DNA of 63,546 nt, the filler included, from Lenisia limosa (lineage: Eukaryota; Protista; Breviatea), in assembly GCA_001655205.1 (NCBI GenBank). It is 14 parts of 14 records of this genome, joined end to end, with 100 filler letters (N's around TTAATTAATTAA, not from the genome) between each part and the next. Parts side by side here need not be neighbours in the genome. Positions count along the whole stretch, not along the records: positions 48,218 to 55,554 come from LPNZ01003769.1; positions 55,655 to 57,551 come from LPNZ01004237.1; positions 57,652 to 61,087 come from LPNZ01002034.1; positions 61,188 to 63,546 come from LPNZ01009068.1; 10 more parts are not named here. One strand, 5' to 3'. The position numbers and the translations under genes are program-made. This document shows positions 55,551-63,546 of this stretch, piece by piece; position 1 is the first letter of the stretch; each line of letters starts with the position of its first letter. The notes beneath the pieces were generated by a model that made no database searches, had not been told where the DNA came from, and was given only the letters and a program-made list of their open reading frames with translations.

Positions 55551-57699
55551 GCCANNNNNNNNNNNNNNNNNNNNNNNNNNNNNNNNNNNNNNNNNNNNTT
55601 AATTAATTAANNNNNNNNNNNNNNNNNNNNNNNNNNNNNNNNNNNNNNNNNNNNGAGGTCTTTAACATCATGACAATTGGTTAGGATATTGATTATCGTA
55701 TCAGGTCGAAGACGTCCACATTCTCACGATTTTAGGGGATATGGATTATATTGACAAGCCAAAAACCGTCCAAACTATCATGTCTATCAAATACACGTAA
55801 ATGAAACACTGGTACTTTTACAAACAACCGCCACGGTTCTATTTTAATCTCATGTTCCAAAATAAGACTGAATCCTCAATAGACCCTCGATAAACCCTCG
55901 ATAAACCCTCGATAAACCCTCCGTAAATCCTCCATAAAACCTCGGTAATTCCTCGATAAATCACCATNNNNNNNNNNNNNNNNNNNNNNNNNNNNNNNNN
56001 NNNNNNNNNNNNNNNNNNNNNNNNNNNNNNNNNNNNNNNNNNNNNNNNNNNNNNNNNNNNNNNNNNNNNNNNNNNNNNNNNNNNNNNNNNNNNNNNNNNN
56101 NNNNNNNNNNNNNNNNNNNNNNNNNNNNNNNNNNNNNNNNNNNNNNNNNNNNNNNNNNNNNNNNNNNNNNNNNNNNNNNNNNNNNTACTGAGTATGTGAC
56201 ATTTGAACGACAAGTAACAAAGATACTTTAATACACGCGGGGTGAATCATCGTGTTTTCTGTGTTCACCACATCAAGCGATCGGATGAAACCAATGTATA
56301 TCATTTTTCTGGTTAACGAAAAATAGTATGGTGAAATCAACGAATATTATATTGTATGTTTTATTAATATGACTCACTATTGGGTTGCGGTACACCGGAT
56401 ATGTTAACATTCTGAGAGGGGTAAAATTGAAGGTTTCTGAGATAACATCTAAGGACTGAACACAAAAACAAACATTAATATCATGCTATATTATTGAGAT
56501 ATGCGAAATAAAAAAAGTCTCAGATATTGGAGCAAGAAAAAAAGAACAACTTCAATCCAAAAAAAAAAAAAGTGCTTATTAGTGTTACATAGACTAATAA
56601 GAACGATCCTAAAGTATATCAACCTCATACAGATTTACTTTCAGGGTCCTCATTTGCTGCCCAGGTTTGCAGTAGTTCAACCCAATGCACGTACTGTAGA
56701 ATTTGTTAATGATTTGCCTGTTATTAAAGAACTAAGTATATTATCCTTGTAGAAATGTGTATAATTATCCTGAAATTTTATGATACACTAAATTATTTGA
56801 TACACTAAATTTTTTGTACACAAATTTTTGATACACTGAAAGTCCTAACATGATTGATTAAATAATAGTCTTACATCCGTGTCGTTCAGTGTTAATCCTC
56901 ACAATCATATTGATGAATCCCTGAAAACTTGTATATTACCCCAGCATTTTAAACCACCATAATACCTGGGGGGAGGCAATGACAATTGAACTTGCCATAA
57001 ACGGTATGGATAATGGGGAGTTGTCTGCTCGCGAGTTGACAAAGATCACATTGAAGAAGGTACTCTGAAGAGAACAGAATTATACGCAAGAAAAACGTGT
57101 AATATTGAAAGATGTTCATGGATAGAGTTTTAAAAGTATCTACTTGTATGGCAATGTCATTTTTTCAATTAGTGAAGAATTATCTCACATCATCAGTTGG
57201 CAAAAAAGGTACCAAGAAGACACTGTCTCTTTGAAATATGAAATACACATGAGGATCATATGAGGGGTTTCACTTCGATTTGAAAAATACTGGTAAAATA
57301 TCGATAGTATTCGAGGATTTATCGAGAAATTCAGTCTTTTTTCGAACAGACATAAAGCTCTACATATGTATATGTACGTGAGGTGTCAAAAAAAAAGAAG
57401 TCAGATCATTACATCTGACAACCCATGTAATAATAATTAGAACGTTATGTGTGATATAATCCTAGTTTGATTCCTAGTTTGATGCATTGCACCCACCAAT
57501 TCAATGACATCGCCATTAGGAATTGTGATGTGACCGTTGCAGAGAAGTGGGNNNNNNNNNNNNNNNNNNNNNNNNNNNNNNNNNNNNNNNNNNNNTTAAT
57601 TAATTAANNNNNNNNNNNNNNNNNNNNNNNNNNNNNNNNNNNNNNNNNNNNAAAAAAAAAAAAAAAAACAATCTGAAAAAATATTATTTTTGATTGCTT

Positions 57700-60600
57700 C
57701 AAACTCTCGACAAACCTGCTTGCGCTTTTGAGCGTCATTGTTGCTGGAACCGGAGTTGTTGGGCTCCGCGTCCTCCCGGTCAACCTGCTTCTTCACTTCG
57801 GGATTGCTGAGGGGGGGTAAAATTGGAAAGTAAAATGGAAAATATATGAAGCAAACAAGCCCAAAATCAACTCTGTTGGCTGGTAACACACAAGGGTTGA
57901 TAACCACAAAACAAAAAAGGCTCAGGTCAGTCGCTTCTGCAGCATTGCATCCCATTACTCCAGCGTAGGAGGGGGGGAGTATCAATGTCTCAGTTAAACC
58001 CTTCTATAATTTCCCAACTTTGATTCACCACATTATCCAGGCTTGTCTAAAAATGGGGTGGCTCATTAAAAAACAAAAACGTCTTTTAGCTCTGTTCATA
58101 AAAAATACCACTTTTAGCCCTTTTGATCTTTTTTAACTACAGACACTGACACCCCCTTTTTAGAGCCATTATCTGAGTCCACTTACTTAGTTTCCGGTCC
58201 TCCACCATCAGAAACGATGCAGGGCCTGGGGTAGATCTGCATTTCACCGTAGATGACAATCTGGACGAGGAAGCGCTTGTAGAAGATCTTTGCAGGGTCC
58301 CAATGGTTCTCAGTCTCAATTTCCATTGAAATGTCGGCGGTGAGGTCCACGGGGCCAAGAGTGAGCTNNNNNNNNNNNNNNNNNNNNNNNNNNNNNNNNN
58401 NNNNNNNNNNNNNNNNNNNNNNNNNNNNNNNNNNNNNNNNNNNNNNNNNNNNNNNNNATTGAAAAAAAAGAAGAAACAGTTTGCTATATTGAAAGAACGA
58501 AGAACATCCTTTGTGCTATTTTCAGCAAGTTGTCCCACTCACGCCTCCAGAACCGCTACCAGTCACTTCCCAACTAAAAAGGTTAGATATTATCAATCAC
58601 ACATTTATGAGCAAAGAAACATCCACAAGCCATTCCAGCCAACTATCCGTAATCTTCCATTCTGAAGCTTCCAGGACCGAGGGAGAAGTCCAAACTGAGT
58701 CCGCAATCGAGCTCGAAAAGCTAGGAGACATCAGGAAGGTGTGATGGTTGAATCTCTCTATCACCGAAAGCATAATAACACTCGCATATAAACGCGATCA
58801 GCATACTCCGAGGTCGACACCGTAGTCACCAAGGACTTCGAAGGAGCTGGGGAATCCAAATGTCACCTCAGGGAAATCCACGTGCATTTTGCCCACCTGA
58901 AAGAGGTCAGCAGATACCGATATAAACGCGAAAAAACGGCATGGGGTGATAAAAGCTTTACCCAATTTATAATAAACTCGAGCAAAAACAATTTATCATG
59001 AAAACACGATGTTGCTTAAATGTTTCAGCAATAATAATCAACCTACAATAACAACAAATATACAGCCATCATATACCCAACATACGGGATCAGAGAACGC
59101 CATCAGGTTTGTGACTGCGGGGTCGGGGGTGTTGACAGAGGGGTCGGCATCCAGAGACGGCTCCCATTTCTAAAGGGTCATGTGTAGTAAAGGGTTAATG
59201 GGCTGCCGTTGATATATAGTAAAAAAAACGACTGAATATCTACTATCTACAGCCCCTTGAACCCCCCTCCCCATTGTCTAGTTTATGTACCAGTTTAGAT
59301 GGAATTGGTAAACTTGTCCCCCCTCCAACTAAACAAGCCATCCCTCACTTCAAGGACCCCCTCCCTCACTTCAAGGTTCTGATAGCTATTGCCCCATTGG
59401 AGCATCCACATCAGAGAGTCTTGAGGAACTAATGCATCAAATTAATAATCTTGAAATTATTTGTATATGCTATAACAACAACAACAACAACTAGTATATG
59501 ATATATTTACATGTATAACAACATAAAAAATCGTGAAACGCACAGATGACCCTATCCCACCCTTTTTGACGCGACTTTGTACTCGGCGAGAGACCTTTTC
59601 AGATCCTCCGACCATGATCATTCGCATCATTACTCCAGACGCTACGTGGTCACGTGGGAATGGCAAGTTATGGCACCAAAATAATTCCAATAAACAAACA
59701 ACAAGCGTTTGATTGAACCAAGAAACTAAAGTCTCGTCCTCACACACAAAAAAAAAAAACACCCTCATAAGTCATGGCTTACTTGGCACTTTGCCGAGGG
59801 GGAAGTCGTCGTTGCTTCCTATGTTCACTGTGCAGAAGATGAAGCCTTCACTGTACATCGTGAGGGACGTTATCCACAAAGGATAAACCATTCCCAACTC
59901 CCAACCCCTCTCTCTCTCTGCCCTTTCCTATGGATTTGGAAATTCTGTTGTGGAAGTGATATGATAACACCACAATAAGACAAATACACCCCCCACGGAT
60001 CAATATCCTCGATTGGGACTTCACAAAGGGTCTCCTCGGGTTGGGCAGAACGTGAGAACACCACCTAAAGGGTCATACCAACTTATAGTATAGCATAATA
60101 TAGTATAATGTAACAAGTATTATACTTAATATAGTATAATAATAAGTATACTACTTGTTACATGAGTGACTCAAATACACTGCCACCCCCTCCTCGCCTT
60201 CTGGACAAGAGACGTTGAGGTCAAGGAGGCGTAGAAACGAGTCTCAATATCGAAGCCGTCAAGATAGACGTAGTTGGGAGGGAAGGTGCTTCCAAAGGAG
60301 TCGAACTACATAAAGTGAGATAAGACAGATTTGGTAAAGAGAAGAAAATATGGTTTCACACCAAGAAATCCGAAGTCAACAAAAATAATACGCACCAAAG
60401 AAGATATTAATAAGTAGTCCGCTATCTTGCTTCAAGTTGATGAATGGTGATAGATGAAGGAGTAAAGAACCACCTCGCTTACATAGGGATTACCGACGGT
60501 GGAAATGACCTGATTATCGTCCATATTGGACTCAAGGAATTTGACTGGGTTGTTAAGGATGACGTTGTGCGTAATCTTCTCGGAGATCTAAATGGTGAGG

Positions 60601-61050
60601 ATTAAGAACATGACCCTTACTTTGCTTCTCCAAATATTATGATGAATATCATTTGATCATCATGATTGCATTCATCGATTAATCACAACCCAAAAATCAC
60701 CCCGCCCACCGCGAAGCCGTCGTAGAATATCGTGAAAGAAGTGGGAACACCAATATCTTTAATAGTGGTGTAGTATTCTGCCGCCAGGAAGCCCTTAGTA
60801 AGGCCCGCGTGCTCGGTGGGGTACATGAGGAGGTTGTTTTCTTGGTCATACTGCACAGAGTAAACAAGACAGACTCAGAAAATGGGAAATTTACACGAAT
60901 CGTTGCTTAGATATCATATATCGGATATGTATAACATGTCAATATCACATATCTCTAGCCCACGAAGTAGAGCATCATGTGGAGGGTCTTGGCGCTTCTC
61001 GATTTGACGTTCTCGAATTCAACGGTGAAGGTTGCTTTGACTCTTCCGTC
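57700..61050 (-). CDS. hypothetical multi-exon protein fragment (possibly secreted)
   Basis: About 10 GT-AG exons, e.g. YDQENNLLMYPTEHAGLTKGFLAAEYYTTIKDIG and FDSFGSTFPPNYVYLDGFDIETRFY. Confidence 0.5.
57807..57967 (-). repeat. intron-3'-end repeat module, most complete copy (~160 bp)
   Basis: TACGCTGGAGTAATGGGATG..CTGCAGAAGCGACTG..CAACCCT..AACAGAGTTGATTTTGGGCT..TTCATAAATTTTCCAATTTTAC(C)nCAG. About 20 full or partial copies, e.g. 648-710, 1893-1941, 3620-3663, 6077-6135, 7188-7245, 7419-7468, 7841-7897, 8868-8936, 11790-11900, 15737-15852, 24701-24763, 30028-30098, 62179-62255, 62645-62703. Confidence 0.85.
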
Positions 61051-61783
61051 CTGGGGGAGGGAAGTGGCGGTTAGACAGAAAAGGGCTNNNNNNNNNNNNN
61101 NNNNNNNNNNNNNNNNNNNNNNNNNNNNNNNTTAATTAATTAANNNNNNNNNNNNNNNNNNNNNNNNNNNNNNNNNNNNNNNNNNNNACTGATAAAAAGA
61201 ATAATTAGGGCTTCAAAAAAGACTGAATTTATCAATAAATCTTCGAAAACTATCAATGCTTTACCGGTATTTATAAAGAACAGGTTTTGTACCCCCCTAT
61301 CATCCTTATTTTATTACCTACCCAATAACTTCACTTCGGTTCGAAAAAGTCCAGTAAAATATCGATATTTATCGAGGATTTATCGAGAAATTCAGTATTT
61401 TCTCAAACCGAAGTAAAGCCCTAGCTAGTCACCCCCCCCCCCACCCTTNNNNNNNNNNNNNNNNNNNNNNNNNNNNNNNNNNNNNNNNNNNNNNNNNNNN
61501 NNNNNNNNNNNNNNNNNNNNNNNNNNNNNNNNNNNNNNNNNNNNNNNNNNNNNNNNNNNNNNNNNNNNNNNNNNNNNNNNNNNNNNNNNNNNNNNNNNNN
61601 NNNNNNNNNNNNNNNNNNNNNNNNNNNNNNNNNNNNNNNNNNNNNNNNGGGGGGGGGGGATGCAGAAGTTTCAATAAATCCTCGATAAATCATCGATAAA
61701 TAGTTACCGGGATTAGACTTGAGAGATTTTATATGTGATATATAAGTATGTAAATAGAATCATCAATTGCATCTCCCCCAACC

Positions 61784-62985
61784 CAAGGCCACAAATTCCT
61801 GGAATTGCGCCTTAGTCGCCCTCAGCCGCCGGAACAAATCGTCAGCCTGTCGGTATACCTGGAGCGAGGGAGGTTATATAATTACATGTAGTATATTATA
61901 CTATGTATCTAATAATAGAGATGAAAATAATATACAATATCAAATAAAATAAAAAACATTAGCATATCATACAAAAGGTTTGCCTTTGGTTTTATCCATT
62001 TTAGACGACCTAATAATTGTAAAAAATGCTCGTCATGCCAAATTCCCCCAAAAAGCCTACCACGGCAAGTGCCTGAGGGTGATGCTTCGGCAAATCCTTG
62101 AAGATAGCACTATCACCAACTCCCTTGAAACCCAGGGGGAGGGATAGGAACTTACGAAGCTCTTTGTAGTACCTTGCTCTGTGGGGGGAGTAAAATTGGA
62201 AATGCAAAATTGGACAATTTATGAACCAAAAAAACAGTCCAAAATCAACTCTGTTGGCTGACAACACACAAATCACTCCAACGTACTGAAAATGGAAAAT
62301 TGATGAAACAAACCAACACACACACAAATCCTTAATAAATATCGATGCTTGATAATTCACCTCCCATTACACACGCACATCACAAAATCCACACTAACCT
62401 CCTTCGCACACAAATCACCTATTTTATTCCCTCTCCCAAAAATAAACCATATTACCCCTAGGCTTCACTTCGGTATATTATTGATAGTCGAGTAATTCAG
62501 TCTTTTTTCGGACTATCCGTAACCCACTGGATATCTTCGAGAGGAGGGCGGAATTGGATTCTGTGACTGGCAAAAGAAAGCTCAACCTGCGGGGATTAAA
62601 TTTATGAAACCTGCATGTATATCTGGAGTGAGTTTGAGATTGATGGGGGGGGGGGTAAATTTAGAAAATGTAAGTTACAAAAAAAGCCCAAAATCAACTC
62701 TTTGTCGAAGGTAATCGCAGTTTGGGAGTAACAAGAAGGCGGCTGTATTCCCTTGGAAAATAGACAATTTATGAAACTAGTCCCCCCCCCCCCTCCAAAC
62801 AATTGGTCGGACTTCACTTCGGTTCGAAAAAGACCGGGAAAATATCGAAGATTTCGATAAATTCTGTCTTTCATCGAACCGAAGTGAAGCCCAACTTGTC
62901 ACCATCTACCCACCTTGATTTGCGGGAGAGTTGCATGGAGACCCTCGAGTCCCTTGATGTACTGAACTTCGAGTGCCTTGTAGAG
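61784..62985 (-). CDS. DYNC2H1: cytoplasmic dynein-2 heavy chain (retrograde IFT motor), tail-region fragment
   Basis: LYKALEVQYIKGLEGLHATLPQIK|VELSFASHRIQFRPPLEDI|RARYYKELRKFLSLPLGFKGVG..|VYRQADDLFRRL matches the DYNC2H1 tail motif LYKALEHQY..LQFRPPFEEIRAKYYREMKRF. Confidence 0.9.
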
Positions 62986-63546
62986 CTGGGGGAGGGGGAG
63001 GTAAATATGCAAAGATTACTGTTTTTAGTGTACATTTCCCCCCTTTTTTTCACTGTTTTTTTTTTACTGTTTTTAACTGTTTTTTTACTGTTTATTAGTG
63101 TTTTTGTTTTTATTGTATTTTGAACATCCCTGCCCCCCCCCCCACCTGANNNNNNNNNNNNNNNNNNNNNNNNNNNNNNNNNNNNNNNNNNNNNNNNNNN
63201 NNNNNNNNNNNNNNNNNNNNNNNNNNNNNNNNNNNNNNNNNNNNNNNNNNNNNNNNNNNNNNNNNNNNNNNNNNNNNNNNNNNNNNNNNNNNNNNNNNNN
63301 NNNNNNNNNNNNNNNNNNNNNNNNNNNNNNNNNNNNNNNNNNNNNNNNNNNNNNNNNNNNNNNNNNNNNACATTATACATACCTAGGGCTTCCCTTCGGT
63401 CTCGAAATAGACGATAAACCCTCGATAACTATCTATATTTTGACGATCTTATTCGGACCGCAGGGAAGCCTTAGTTATGCCCCCACACTACCACTTACAC
63501 TGACCGCGACAAGTCCCTTAATCTTTTATCAACCGTGTCAGAACTT

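Overview
Eukaryotic, AT-rich, intron-dense draft assembly. It is not one locus: 14 separate contigs/scaffolds are joined by artificial N44-TTAATTAATTAA-N44 linkers. A dynein-2 heavy chain fragment implies a flagellated organism, probably a protist; I cannot identify the species. Recognisable spliced genes (exon boundaries read by eye, approximate): RRP5, a PRP8 fragment, CENP-S/MHF1, a PDE9-like phosphodiesterase, a YaeF/YiiX permuted papain-like amidase, ZC3HC1/NIPA-like, SLC35B1, DYNC2H1, a PH-domain protein, an FG-nucleoporin and several hypothetical proteins. Three features stand out. (1) At 43.1-46.1 kb (minus strand) an apparently non-coding, GAS5/UHG-like host gene carries one box C/D snoRNA per intron: 13 visible copies of 3 families, including a 7-copy double-guide snoRNA aimed at the LSU peptidyl-transferase region. 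(2) The PRP8 fragment has 22-27 nt micro-introns, three with GT-TG instead of GT-AG ends, and lies between inverted repeats; this differs from every other gene here. (3) A ~160 bp repeat, almost always co-oriented with its host gene, forms the 3' end of many introns. Several MITE families fill the introns.
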